Positions 37,626 to 47,527 of a stretch of 64,000 nucleotides of DNA are shown here, in pieces (position 1 is the stretch's first letter; each line of letters begins with the position of its first letter). The translations under genes were made by a program, and so were the position numbers. This stretch comes from a virus: the IMG/VR virus record IMGVR_UViG_3300032050_000011. The stretch is one strand, 5' to 3'. A model generated the notes under the pieces. The model had not been told where the DNA came from and searched no databases. It was given only the letters and a program-made list of their open reading frames with translations.

Positions 37626-37646
37626 TTATATATTTTTTTAAATTTA

Positions 37647-40223
37647 CTATATTATCATAACGCCTGAATAAGGTAACTGATTGAAGAGTATTAGTCCATC
37701 AGAAAAAATAATTAAGCTACCGTAAACTGAGCTGTATTTTATTCCAGTCAATGAATTCTGAGATCCAGAAGTTGTGGCTTTTGTTCCAGGTACTACATCT
37801 AGGTTGTCGCTAAACGCTGTATCAAATACACCTGATGTGCTTAATTTAGCTATGTGATTAGCATTATTGGCAGTATTTTTAAATTGAGTAAAAAATCCAG
37901 CAACATACAAAATAGTACCGACAATTGCAATACCCCAAACAGAGCTATTAAACCCAGAAGTTGTGGCTTTTACTCCAGATACTACGTCTAGATTATCGCT
38001 AAACGCTGTATCGAATACGCCTGATGTGCTTAATTTAGCTATATATTTGGCATTATTAGCGGTATTTTTAAATTGAGTAAAAAATCCAGCAACATATAGA
38101 CTAGTTCCATCAATAGCCATTGTATAAACGGCATTATTAAATCCAGAAGTTGCGGCCTTTGTTCCAGGCACTACATCTAGGTTGTCGCTAAACGCTGTAT
38201 CAAATACGCCTGATGTGCTTAATTTAGCTATATATTTGGCATTATTAGCAGTATTACCAAATTGAGTAAAACCTCCACCTACATATAGGCTAGTTCCATT
38301 AATAGCCATTGTGTAAACGATACTATTAAACCCAGAAGTTGTGGCTTTTACTCCAGATACTACGTCTAGATTATCACTAAACGCTGTATCAAATACGCCT
38401 GATGTGCTTAATTTAGCTATGCGATTAGCATTATTAGCGGTATTTTTAAATTGAGTGAATTGTCCGCCTACATATAGACTAGTTCCATCAATGGCTATTG
38501 CCCCAACATAATTATTAAAACCAGAAGTTGTGGCTTTTGTTCCAGACACTACATCTAGGTTGTTGCTAAAAGCTGTATCAAATACGCCTGATGTGCTTAA
38601 TTTAGCTATGTATCTTGCGTTATTAGCAGTATTACCAAATTGAGTGAATTGTCCGCCTACATATAGGCTAGTTCCGTCAATGACTATTGTGAGAACCCTG
38701 CCATTAAATCCTATGCCTATATTATTTTGAAATGCAGTATCTAAGGTGCCGTTTGGTAAAATTTTACATATTGATTGAGTTCTAGTTCCGTTGTAAGTAA
38801 CAGTTCCTATATAGATATTACCATTAGCGTCTACGGCACATGAATCTGCATTACCGGATCCGTATTTATTTTGTATAAGATTTTGAAATACGCCAGAAGT
38901 GTTTAACTTTGCAAAACCTAAGCACGCAGAATTTTTAAATGCAAGCATATCTCCACCTACATATAGGTCTGTTCCTTTTATAGCCACACATCTTACAGTG
39001 CAAGAACCAACAGTTCCTGTTAGTGAAGTAGGGCTAAAACCAGAAGTTGTGGCTTTTACTCCAGACACTACATCTAGGTTATTGCTAAAAGCTGTATCAA
39101 ATACGCCTGATGTGCTTAATTTAGCTACACCTCTAGCGTTATTGGTAGCATTAAAGTCGTATATACGTCCACCTACATATAGGCTAGTTCCATCAATGAC
39201 TATTGCATAGACATCGCCATTCCCAAAAGAGGAGCTGGTTACATTATTACCGAAAACCGTATCAAATACGCCTGATGTGCTTAATTTAGCTATCTTTCTA
39301 GCATTAGCAATATTTTTAAATTGAGTAAACTCTCCGCCCACATATAGGCTAGTTACATCAATGGCTATTGTGTAAACCCTATTATTAAAACCAGAAGTTG
39401 TGGCTTTTGTTCCAGGTACTACATCTAGGTTGTCGCTAAATGCTGTATCAAATACGCCTGATGTGCTTAATTTAGCTATGCGATTAGCATTATTGGCAGT
39501 ATTACCAAATTGAGTAAAACCTCCACCTACATATAGGCTAGTTACATCAATGGCTATTGTGTTAACAGCACTGTTAAAACCAGAAGTTGTGGCTTTTGTT
39601 CCAGGTACTACATCTAGGTTGTCGCTAAATGCTGTATCAAATACGCCTGATGTGCTTAATTTAGCTATGCGATTAGCATTATTGGCAGTATTTTTAAATT
39701 GAGTGAATTGTCCGCCTACATATAGGCTAGTTACATCAATGGCTATTGTGTTAACAGCACTGTTAAAACCAGAAGTTGCAAATGATTTAGTTCCAGATAC
39801 TAAATCTAGGTTGTCGCTAAACGCTGTATCAAATACACCTGATGTGCTTAATTTAGCTATATATTTGGCATTATTAGCAGTATTACCAAATTGAGTAAAA
39901 CCTCCACCTACATATAGGCTAGTTCCGTCAGTAGCTATTGTATTAGTATTACCATTAAATCCTAAACCTGCGTTATTTTGAAATGTAGTGTCTATGCTAC
40001 CATCCGCTAAAAATTTGACAATATTACCACAATAATAATTAATACCGTTAGGATCAACGAAGCCGATAAATGAGCCAACAACAATAATTGAATCATCTGG
40101 TAAAATCAATATGTCTTGTATTTCTAGTGTAGGTCCGTATAGTCCCCTATATTCTGCATTTTGTAATTTGTTTAAAATGGTAGTTGTTCTTTTTTTTAAA
40201 AAAGAAAAAGGTTTGGACGACAT
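37647..40223 (-). CDS. beta-propeller repeat protein (delta-60-like), putative receptor-binding protein
   Basis: About 14 blades; 10 copies of AKLSTSGVFDT; LYVGGxFTQF. Confidence 0.75.
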   Translation of the reverse strand: MSSKPFSFLKKRTTTILNKLQNAEYRGLYGPTLEIQDILILPDDSIIVVGSFIGFVDPNGINYYCGNIVKFLADGSIDTTFQNNAGLGFNGNTNTIATDGTSLYVGGGFTQFGNTANNAKYIAKLSTSGVFDTAFSDNLDLVSGTKSFATSGFNSAVNTIAIDVTSLYVGGQFTQFKNTANNANRIAKLSTSGVFDTAFSDNLDVVPGTKATTSGFNSAVNTIAIDVTSLYVGGGFTQFGNTANNANRIAKLSTSGVFDTAFSDNLDVVPGTKATTSGFNNRVYTIAIDVTSLYVGGEFTQFKNIANARKIAKLSTSGVFDTVFGNNVTSSSFGNGDVYAIVIDGTSLYVGGRIYDFNATNNARGVAKLSTSGVFDTAFSNNLDVVSGVKATTSGFSPTSLTGTVGSCTVRCVAIKGTDLYVGGDMLAFKNSACLGFAKLNTSGVFQNLIQNKYGSGNADSCAVDANGNIYIGTVTYNGTRTQSICKILPNGTLDTAFQNNIGIGFNGRVLTIVIDGTSLYVGGQFTQFGNTANNARYIAKLSTSGVFDTAFSNNLDVVSGTKATTSGFNNYVGAIAIDGTSLYVGGQFTQFKNTANNANRIAKLSTSGVFDTAFSDNLDVVSGVKATTSGFNSIVYTMAINGTSLYVGGGFTQFGNTANNAKYIAKLSTSGVFDTAFSDNLDVVPGTKAATSGFNNAVYTMAIDGTSLYVAGFFTQFKNTANNAKYIAKLSTSGVFDTAFSDNLDVVSGVKATTSGFNSSVWGIAIVGTILYVAGFFTQFKNTANNANHIAKLSTSGVFDTAFSDNLDVVPGTKATTSGSQNSLTGIKYSSVYGSLIIFSDGLILFNQLPYSGVMII
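37760..39930. repeat. about 189-bp near-identical intragenic tandem repeats
   Basis: tatcaaatacgcctgatgtgcttaatttagcta recurs about 10 times. Confidence 0.9.
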
Positions 40224-40237
40224 CTAGCTCTCCATAA

Positions 40238-42400
40238 TTAAACGTTAGAAAGACCAGTTACTGATGACAAATAAGTTTTACTATTTGCCCTAATAAAAGT
40301 ATACACTGCAGCAGAATTTGCTGCAATTTGTAATGTGCCGGCTTCTTTGTATATACCAGAAGGAAAAGATACCGTAAGGGTCAAACCAGAAGTATTTGTT
40401 AAAATTATAGAGATACACTTTCCTTCAACTAAATTAGAGAAAGTGAAAGTGGAACTTAGTGAGATGTCTCTATAGAATATCTCTGATAAACTCCAGTCAA
40501 TGTCCAGGGCAGAAATTAAAGAAGCAGAGTAGGCTGATCCAACAACTAAATTACCTGATCCTAGTATAGAAGAACCATTTATGGTCTTTATGTTTGTCGC
40601 AGAAACGAGAGTGGCTTGCTTTTCCGTATTTAATTCATTAATTGCAGCTTGTACTGTTGTAGACGATATAGTACCAGAAGGTGTGTTAGTGACTGCTGTA
40701 GCGTTTAGCGTTTGAAAAGTTTTATCGCCGCGCCAATATTGAGAAGTCGTGCCAGCCGTTATGGTAGCTTGTTTTGTATCCAGTTGAGTCTGAATTGCTG
40801 AAGTTACCCCATTAAGATAATCAAATTCTGCATTTGATACTAGGCCTGAGCCAATTTTTGAAGCGTCTATTGTTACTGCTTGAACTGCAGTCGTAAAATC
40901 AGATATAGTAGAAGCTAGCTGCGCACCAGTATGAGTTGCCCTATCTCTTAGATTTGCTGCGCTTACATTATCTACATCTGATAAGCCTATATCTGACTTA
41001 GTTAATACTACGTCTCCAGTTTGTGTATTTACAGAGGTTACAGCTCCACCACCTCCACTAATAACTAGATCACCTGATCCTAGGATAGAAGATCCGTTTA
41101 TAGTCTTTATGTTGGTCGCAGAAACTAGTAGGTCTTGTTTTAAAGCTAGCGCAGAGCTATCTGCCTTTAAATCTAGCGCTGTCTGGGTAGCTGTACTAAC
41201 TGGCTTATCTGCATCACTAGTATTATCTACATCTGATAAGCCTATATCTGACTTAGTTAATACTACGTCTCCAGTTTGTGTATTTACAGAGGTTACAGCC
41301 CCACCACCTCCACTAATAACTAGATCACCTGATCCTAGGATAGAAGATCCGTTTATAGTCTTTATGTTGGTCGCAGAAACTAGTAGGTCTTGTTTTAAGG
41401 CTATATCTGATTCAAGCACGACTAACTCAGATTGAAGTGTAGCTAATCCTGGCACACTAGGCGAATCTGCGGTTCCGCTTAAATCACCGCTTAATTGTAT
41501 GATACCTTTTGTAGTAGTTGTAGCGTCAGCCCCACCACCTCCACTAATAACTAGATCACCTGATCCTAGGATAGAAGATCCGTTTATAGTCTTTATGTTG
41601 GTCGCAGAAACTAGTAGGTCTTGTTTTTGAGATAGCTGAGAAACAGTGACTGCATCTTGTGCACTTGTACCGTTTATTAAGTTTGTTATTTTACCTAATG
41701 TCTGAAAGTTCATTTCAGTATTAGTTAAAACACTACCCCTAGTTCCTGTAGCAGTACCTGTATATAATAGGATGTTGCCAGAGTTGCCAGCAGACGCGTT
41801 ACCTGAAACAAGCTCAATAGGGCCAGTGCTTTGTGCGGCTCCAGTACGTACAATCGCAGCTCCAGAGCTTGAACCTCCGGTTCCAGATAGCAATCTAGCA
41901 GCTCCGGAAACTCCTCCAGTAGCAGGGCCAGAAAAAATATCCACCATTCCAGAGTTTCCACTTACTTGCGCGTCGCCTGAACCAACCTGTACTAGTCCAG
42001 AATTAGCTCCAGATGTAAAACCTGAAGCAAGAACGACTCTTTTAGAAGCGGTTCCAGCAAAGGCTCCTAGTTGATCTCCTGATCCTGCATAGAATTGCTT
42101 TGGACTACCGTCTTCCATCACGACAGCAAGGTAATTAGGACCCCAAGAAGGAACTCCTATATTTAAGTCAAGAAATTCCGCTGCATTTCCTGAAACAGGA
42201 TTTACGGTAAGTGTACCTGACATCGTATCGCCAGTCTTACTAACTTTATTGTCTAAGGCATCTTTGATAGGACCATTAGCTGCCAAACTGCTAACTTTTA
42301 TCTTTTTTGTTTGTGTATTTGCTATGTCTACTACGGGCAGAATGTCATTTGCGCCGATAGATGTGGTCTCTGTTAGTTCACTTATTTTTACGTTAGCCAT
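40238..42400 (-). CDS. tail fibre-like protein with internal repeats
   Basis: MANVKISEL, KTGDTMSG, Gly-rich beta repeats, DATTTTKGIIQL, VTSVN, IKTINGSSILGSG x4. Confidence 0.75.
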   Translation of the reverse strand: MANVKISELTETTSIGANDILPVVDIANTQTKKIKVSSLAANGPIKDALDNKVSKTGDTMSGTLTVNPVSGNAAEFLDLNIGVPSWGPNYLAVVMEDGSPKQFYAGSGDQLGAFAGTASKRVVLASGFTSGANSGLVQVGSGDAQVSGNSGMVDIFSGPATGGVSGAARLLSGTGGSSSGAAIVRTGAAQSTGPIELVSGNASAGNSGNILLYTGTATGTRGSVLTNTEMNFQTLGKITNLINGTSAQDAVTVSQLSQKQDLLVSATNIKTINGSSILGSGDLVISGGGGADATTTTKGIIQLSGDLSGTADSPSVPGLATLQSELVVLESDIALKQDLLVSATNIKTINGSSILGSGDLVISGGGGAVTSVNTQTGDVVLTKSDIGLSDVDNTSDADKPVSTATQTALDLKADSSALALKQDLLVSATNIKTINGSSILGSGDLVISGGGGAVTSVNTQTGDVVLTKSDIGLSDVDNVSAANLRDRATHTGAQLASTISDFTTAVQAVTIDASKIGSGLVSNAEFDYLNGVTSAIQTQLDTKQATITAGTTSQYWRGDKTFQTLNATAVTNTPSGTISSTTVQAAINELNTEKQATLVSATNIKTINGSSILGSGNLVVGSAYSASLISALDIDWSLSEIFYRDISLSSTFTFSNLVEGKCISIILTNTSGLTLTVSFPSGIYKEAGTLQIAANSAAVYTFIRANSKTYLSSVTGLSNV
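41046..41626. repeat. three identical about 95-bp repeats (41046-41140, 41301-41395, 41532-41626)
   Basis: Encode KQDLLVSATNIKTINGSSILGSGDLVISGGG. Confidence 0.9.
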
Positions 42401-42418
42401 GTTTCTCCTGTAAAGAAA

Positions 42419-42434
42419 GAGGTCCTAGGACCTC
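42419..42434 (-). terminator. perfect palindrome GAGGTCCTAGGACCTC, probable terminator
   Basis: Followed by TTTCTTT on the - strand. Confidence 0.55.
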
Positions 42435-42640
42435 ATTCCCTTATAGTCTCTTTTTAATTTTCTTCTTCTTGACTACTTTTTCCGTGACATCATGCTCATC
42501 GCTTTCTGCATCATCTCTTTGATTTTCATCATTAGTTTCTGCATCATCGACTGCTTTGGCGCCATTTTCTTTTTGCGTGCCATTTAACAACCTCTCTAGT
42601 AAATTAGACATATTTAAAAACTTTATACTCATAAGTTGCC

Positions 42641-43102
42641 CTATGACTCAAGGATAGCCTTGATTGCAACAAGGTCTGCGTCTAGCGGATATGCTGCGAT
42701 TAGTAAATCGATAGCTTGTTCAGCTTTGCTCACCATATCAGCTACTTGCTTACCAAGTGACTTAGAAGCCATACCCTGACGACATACAGCTAGCAGTCCT
42801 TGCTTATGCTGACCTACTAAAGACTTATCTTCAGCTTCGACACTGAGTGAGTCAGCTTCGATGATAGCATCGATAGTAGTAATAGCGTCTGCTAATCGCT
42901 TGCCAAAAGCTTTGTGCGAGACTGCAGCTCTGCATCTACCTAGCGCTTTCTTGTCTGAGTTTTCTACCATTTCATTCTGTGAGATAGTAGTGAGAACCAT
43001 AGCTTCGATAGCTAAGATAGCAGTCGCCACCTCAGTTCCGGCTCTCTTGTGTTTGAGTGATGCTCTCATCACTCTTTCTAAACTTGCTTTATGTTGTGCC
43101 AT
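42641..43102 (-). CDS. hypothetical Ala-rich protein with three internal pseudo-repeats
   Basis: R.(A/G)..(H/S)K..G...A..I/V three times; AGGAG RBS. Confidence 0.7.
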   Translation of the reverse strand: MAQHKASLERVMRASLKHKRAGTEVATAILAIEAMVLTTISQNEMVENSDKKALGRCRAAVSHKAFGKRLADAITTIDAIIEADSLSVEAEDKSLVGQHKQGLLAVCRQGMASKSLGKQVADMVSKAEQAIDLLIAAYPLDADLVAIKAILES

Positions 43103-43170
43103 ATCGTCTCCTTTTGATAAGTCGCTGCTATTAGATCAGCGTCACAACGTTAATAAAACTATATAAATAC

Positions 43171-43983
43171 CTAGACTGGATAAATTTCAATTTTACTTAT
43201 TTTAACACTATAAGAGCCATTCCAACTTAAAGCAGATATTGTTAAATCTTTATATGATCCAAAGCGTCCCATCGCTGGCATTAGTATTTCTGAAAATCCA
43301 CCAGATAGAGTTGATCCCCAATGTCCTCCTATAGGATGGCTGGCTCCGCCGTACGGGTTCAATATATCTATTCTAACATCATCTTGAAAAGAACCAGATA
43401 GCACTTCCATATAAACTCTAACAGTAAAACTTGCACTAGAGTTTATAGGCATCTCTGGGAATAGTGTGTTGAATTCTACAGAGCCACTTGCACTCGTAGA
43501 TTGATTATAGACTAGGCTTACTCCATCTGGTAATTCTTGACCAGTTCCGGAAAGTGCAAATCCACTTAGTGTTGCATTATTGACTGGTGTAAAAATATGT
43601 TGCCAAAGATACGCAGCGCCTGGTGTCATATCAACATCGTAATCAGGATCAAACTCGGCTGCCGTTAATTCGCTTCTAATTACTTGAAAATAACCGCCAT
43701 CAAAGTCTCTAATGATTATTTTTTTCACTTTAAATATATCTCTAGCCTTATCAGAGACCAAGAAGTTAGTAGTTGGAGAGGCTAGCGCAGCATCAAATTT
43801 TAGTATTTCTTTTTGACCGTCAATTGTTGACTGGTAGTATATAAGCACTTCTTTCCAGTTGACGCTGTCTGAAAAGTAAAGGTCAGCTAGCACTGAAGTG
43901 ACTGCTGCTAGTGCTGACTTATCTAAGGTAAAACTGGCCGATTGGGCTTTTTCTATCGTGGCTGGTTTAGTTATTATAGGCAT
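43171..43983 (-). CDS. MPIITKP-family virion protein 5
   Basis: Conserved about 115-aa N-terminus, unique C-terminus. Confidence 0.75.
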   Translation of the reverse strand: MPIITKPATIEKAQSASFTLDKSALAAVTSVLADLYFSDSVNWKEVLIYYQSTIDGQKEILKFDAALASPTTNFLVSDKARDIFKVKKIIIRDFDGGYFQVIRSELTAAEFDPDYDVDMTPGAAYLWQHIFTPVNNATLSGFALSGTGQELPDGVSLVYNQSTSASGSVEFNTLFPEMPINSSASFTVRVYMEVLSGSFQDDVRIDILNPYGGASHPIGGHWGSTLSGGFSEILMPAMGRFGSYKDLTISALSWNGSYSVKISKIEIYPV

Positions 43984-43992
43984 ACGCTATCC

Positions 43993-44796
43993 TTAAGCTT
44001 CAAAAATTTCTATTTTTGTTATTTCAATTTGACCTGCACCCAGAGATAAGTTCTGAACTACAATTTTAAACCAATTTTGTGGAGCACTTTGTCCCCAAAA
44101 AAATCCGCTTTGGAAATTAAATTCCACGTAACCACCTGCATTTAATTGTAAGTCCTTATTTGCATCATACGCTCCATAGAAAAATGGAGGAATTTCAAAG
44201 ATTACGTTTGTGCCGTACCCATATAGGCTCTGTAAGTATAGGATAGGAAATCCAGAGGTTTTATTTGCACTCTTTATGTATATTCTTGCTTTATAGTTAG
44301 AATACGGAGCAAACACAGATTCTGTTACAAAAAGTTCTCCACTTTCTAGAAATTTAGCACTAGCGTTAGATAAAATCGGTGCTACACCAGATATAAGAGA
44401 TACGTTAGCGGGTAAAACACCTTGAGTAAAATCTAGGGTTTGATAGGGAAGAGGTCCTCCCATATCAATATCAAATTCAGCTACTATTAGTTCGCCTCTA
44501 AGAATCGTAAACTTTCCGCCGTCAAAATCGTTAATGACTATTTTTTTTATCTCAAATACGTCTCTGGCTTTAGCTGACGCGTAGAAACTAGCTAGTGGAC
44601 TAAGCTGAGCTGCGTCAAACTTAATTACTTTTCGCTGATTTCCTGGGTTACTTACAAAAACCATATCTACCGATTTCCAGTTATCTGAATCTTGAAAATA
44701 TAGATTAGAAACTATTGCAGCTAGAGCTGATTTATCTAGTTCAAATTCTGCTTTTTGACCTTTAGCAGGTGTTTGATTTTTAGTTAAAATAGGCAT
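43993..44796 (-). CDS. MPIITKP-family virion protein 4
   Basis: Conserved N-terminus, unique C-terminus. Confidence 0.75.
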   Translation of the reverse strand: MPILTKNQTPAKGQKAEFELDKSALAAIVSNLYFQDSDNWKSVDMVFVSNPGNQRKVIKFDAAQLSPLASFYASAKARDVFEIKKIVINDFDGGKFTILRGELIVAEFDIDMGGPLPYQTLDFTQGVLPANVSLISGVAPILSNASAKFLESGELFVTESVFAPYSNYKARIYIKSANKTSGFPILYLQSLYGYGTNVIFEIPPFFYGAYDANKDLQLNAGGYVEFNFQSGFFWGQSAPQNWFKIVVQNLSLGAGQIEITKIEIFEA

Positions 44797-44811
44797 ACAT
44801 TATTCCTTATA

Positions 44812-46140
44812 TTAAATTATAACACTTGAAGATATTAATGTTCCACCAGATGTAGCTAGTGATGCAATTGGTTTAATATTTGGAGCAGTGGCAACGGATG
44901 TGGTATAAATCACATCGCTATCGATATACATCGTTACAACTCCAGCTATTCTTGTAATTCTAAAAGCTTTATTGCTAGGATCACCCGCTGATGATACCCA
45001 TATATTATTTATGTGAGGTCTAGAACCTCCACCACCCGCAACAATTCCACAAAAAGTAGGCGTGGATGTATTTGGACCGCTTTCAGAAGCATCAAAAAAT
45101 CCAAATGCCGTGTCAGTTGGAAAGCTTCCAATATTGAAAGTTATATCAATATCTCCACCTGCTGTTGCAGTTTGAGTGTTAGAAAAAGCATTGTAATATG
45201 TGCTTCCACCTCTTCCGGCTCCATTTGTTAAACCGCCATCCGCTTCAGCATTATAGCTATTAGAAATTGGTTCCCATATAATAGCATTACCTGAAAGCGT
45301 AGTAGCTAAGCAGGTAACATCCGTACTGTTGGATCTGATAAATGGTTTATATGCATTTAGAGTGTATTGGATTGATTCTGTCCAAATAAGTGTTGAGTTA
45401 TAATAGTATCTATATTGAGTGCTTGTTTGTTCTATTCTAAATGTTAAAGATGAACCTATACTTGAACTTAAAATTACTTGCTGATTGCTAGCTACATCAA
45501 ATCTTACAATATTAGAATCTAGAATCAAAATATAGAATCTTGTATAGCTTGCTGGACCGCTATCCTCAGTAATCCCATCAACACCCTCAGTTAAACCAAT
45601 TCTTATATTTTTACCACTAGACATGTTCGATAGATTAAATGTTATGTCAAGTAGAGCAGCTCCACTACCTAATGAATTTTCATCTAATCCATAGGACATT
45701 GATTGTGAGGATGGAAGATTAATACTATTTCCGCTTCTTGTTACTCCAGTAGAAATAGTTTCAAAATAGAGTTCATTTAATGCAGGAGCCGCACTTGTAT
45801 CAATATCAAACTCAGATGTAGTAAGCTGAGATCTAGGAATAGTAATACTACCTGCATCAAAATCTACGATTACAATTTTCTGAACTTCGAATATATCGAG
45901 AGCTTTATCAGATACTAAAAAGTCAGCTGTTGGAGAAGAAACTGTAGCGTTGAATTTTAAGATCTCTCTTTGATTCCCTGTACTAGATCTATAATAAATA
46001 AGTACTTCTTTCCAGTTATCGGAGTCTGAGAAGTAATCGTCAGCAACAACAGAAGATACAGCAGCTAAAGCTGCTTTGTCTAGCGAGATTTCTGCTGGGG
46101 AATTTTTATCTATTGTGGAAGGCTTAGTTATTATAGGCAT
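44812..46140 (-). CDS. MPIITKP-family virion protein 3 (two beta-sandwich/lectin-like domains)
   Basis: Conserved N-terminus; DITFN...FRI repeated twice. Confidence 0.75.
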   Translation of the reverse strand: MPIITKPSTIDKNSPAEISLDKAALAAVSSVVADDYFSDSDNWKEVLIYYRSSTGNQREILKFNATVSSPTADFLVSDKALDIFEVQKIVIVDFDAGSITIPRSQLTTSEFDIDTSAAPALNELYFETISTGVTRSGNSINLPSSQSMSYGLDENSLGSGAALLDITFNLSNMSSGKNIRIGLTEGVDGITEDSGPASYTRFYILILDSNIVRFDVASNQQVILSSSIGSSLTFRIEQTSTQYRYYYNSTLIWTESIQYTLNAYKPFIRSNSTDVTCLATTLSGNAIIWEPISNSYNAEADGGLTNGAGRGGSTYYNAFSNTQTATAGGDIDITFNIGSFPTDTAFGFFDASESGPNTSTPTFCGIVAGGGGSRPHINNIWVSSAGDPSNKAFRITRIAGVVTMYIDSDVIYTTSVATAPNIKPIASLATSGGTLISSSVII

Positions 46141-46160
46141 ATGTTATTCCTTTTAGGTTA

Positions 46161-47495
46161 TTAAACCTCTCCGCCAATTTGAATTTTTGTTATTCTTAAA
46201 AGCTTGCCCGGTGTAGGGGTATTCTGAAACCATATAGTAGGTAGGTAACTTGTTCCAATAGTATATCCACTGGCAAACTCTGTATCAAAATATCCATTTT
46301 GAATTTCAGTTAAAGTAAGCGTTCTACTTGAATAAGCAAATGATGACTGATTTCCATTTCCTGTTTTAAAATTCAATCCTACCTCAGCAGTTGTCGTATC
46401 AAAAAATACTCTTGCTGCTCTCATTTGAAAAGCAGGGGAACTTGGAGATTGTGGGTAGCTAAATTGATAAATGTAACTACCAAGTTGAAGTGCATTATCT
46501 ATTATTGGGTTGCCATTAAATATCTCACCCCACCCAGAAGGTTCAGTTGTAGAGAAATCTCTCTGGATAAAGATATTTGGCAAGTCATTATCAATGACAG
46601 CAACAGCACTTGTTAATGTATGCTGGAAAGAACTTCTAAGGAATGGATAGGCATACGGTTTACTTGTGTTCGCTATTGTAATCGTATTAATAAGGTTGCC
46701 ATCTTGATAAATCTTTAATTGGTTATCACCTTCTTGAAGGAGTCTTATAGATTTTGTTGTACCAGAAACACCCGTGCTTGAGGCATATCCTGCTGTTCCA
46801 ATTGTAACAGTTCCCATGCTTGAATTTGTATCGACAACTAATCCATAAGTAGATGTTTCATAATTGGTAGAGACTTCACTCATACTTATACTGCCTGAAT
46901 CAGAGTCAGAAAATAAAATCCCAATCCATGTACCATATCCTGAGGTATTAGATAGATTATCAAGATTGAATGTTACATCGAAATTACCAACACCAGAAGA
47001 TAATGCCCCTAGTGATTGATTACTTAGGGCAATTGAAATAGGAGTATAAATACTATTAAAAGTTCTGGTGAGAGTTGTAGGGTCAACAGAAGGTGAGAAC
47101 GTTGGATAGTTCTGGAACAATTCAAACGTTACTGGATCTATAGTTGGTCCTCCCATATCAATATCAAATTCAGTTGTAGCATTTGGTATATCAACTCTAA
47201 GAATCGTAAACTTTCCGCCGTCAAAATCGTTAATCACTATTTTTTTTATCTCAAATATATTTTCAGCTTTAGCTGACGCATAGAAACTAGCTAGTGGACT
47301 AAGCTGAGCTGCGTCAAACTTAATTACTTTTCGCTGATTTCCTGGGTTACTTACAAAAACCATATCTACTGATTTCCAGTTATCTGAATCTTGAAAATAT
47401 AGATTAGAAACTATTGCAGCTAGAGCTGATTTGTCTAGAGATATTTCGGCAAGAGAATTTTTTTCAATACTAGCTGGTTTAGTTATAATTGGCAT
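46161..47495 (-). CDS. MPIITKP-family virion protein 2
   Basis: Conserved N-terminus, unique C-terminus. Confidence 0.75.
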   Translation of the reverse strand: MPIITKPASIEKNSLAEISLDKSALAAIVSNLYFQDSDNWKSVDMVFVSNPGNQRKVIKFDAAQLSPLASFYASAKAENIFEIKKIVINDFDGGKFTILRVDIPNATTEFDIDMGGPTIDPVTFELFQNYPTFSPSVDPTTLTRTFNSIYTPISIALSNQSLGALSSGVGNFDVTFNLDNLSNTSGYGTWIGILFSDSDSGSISMSEVSTNYETSTYGLVVDTNSSMGTVTIGTAGYASSTGVSGTTKSIRLLQEGDNQLKIYQDGNLINTITIANTSKPYAYPFLRSSFQHTLTSAVAVIDNDLPNIFIQRDFSTTEPSGWGEIFNGNPIIDNALQLGSYIYQFSYPQSPSSPAFQMRAARVFFDTTTAEVGLNFKTGNGNQSSFAYSSRTLTLTEIQNGYFDTEFASGYTIGTSYLPTIWFQNTPTPGKLLRITKIQIGGEV

Positions 47496-47527
47496 TTAAC
47501 ACTCTCTCTTTTTATAGTTCTATTTAA

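Noticed and set aside
37647-40223. Diversity-generating retroelement template/variable repeats
   Set aside because: Repeats are in-frame tandem blades, differences are not confined to adenines, and no reverse transcriptase is in the window
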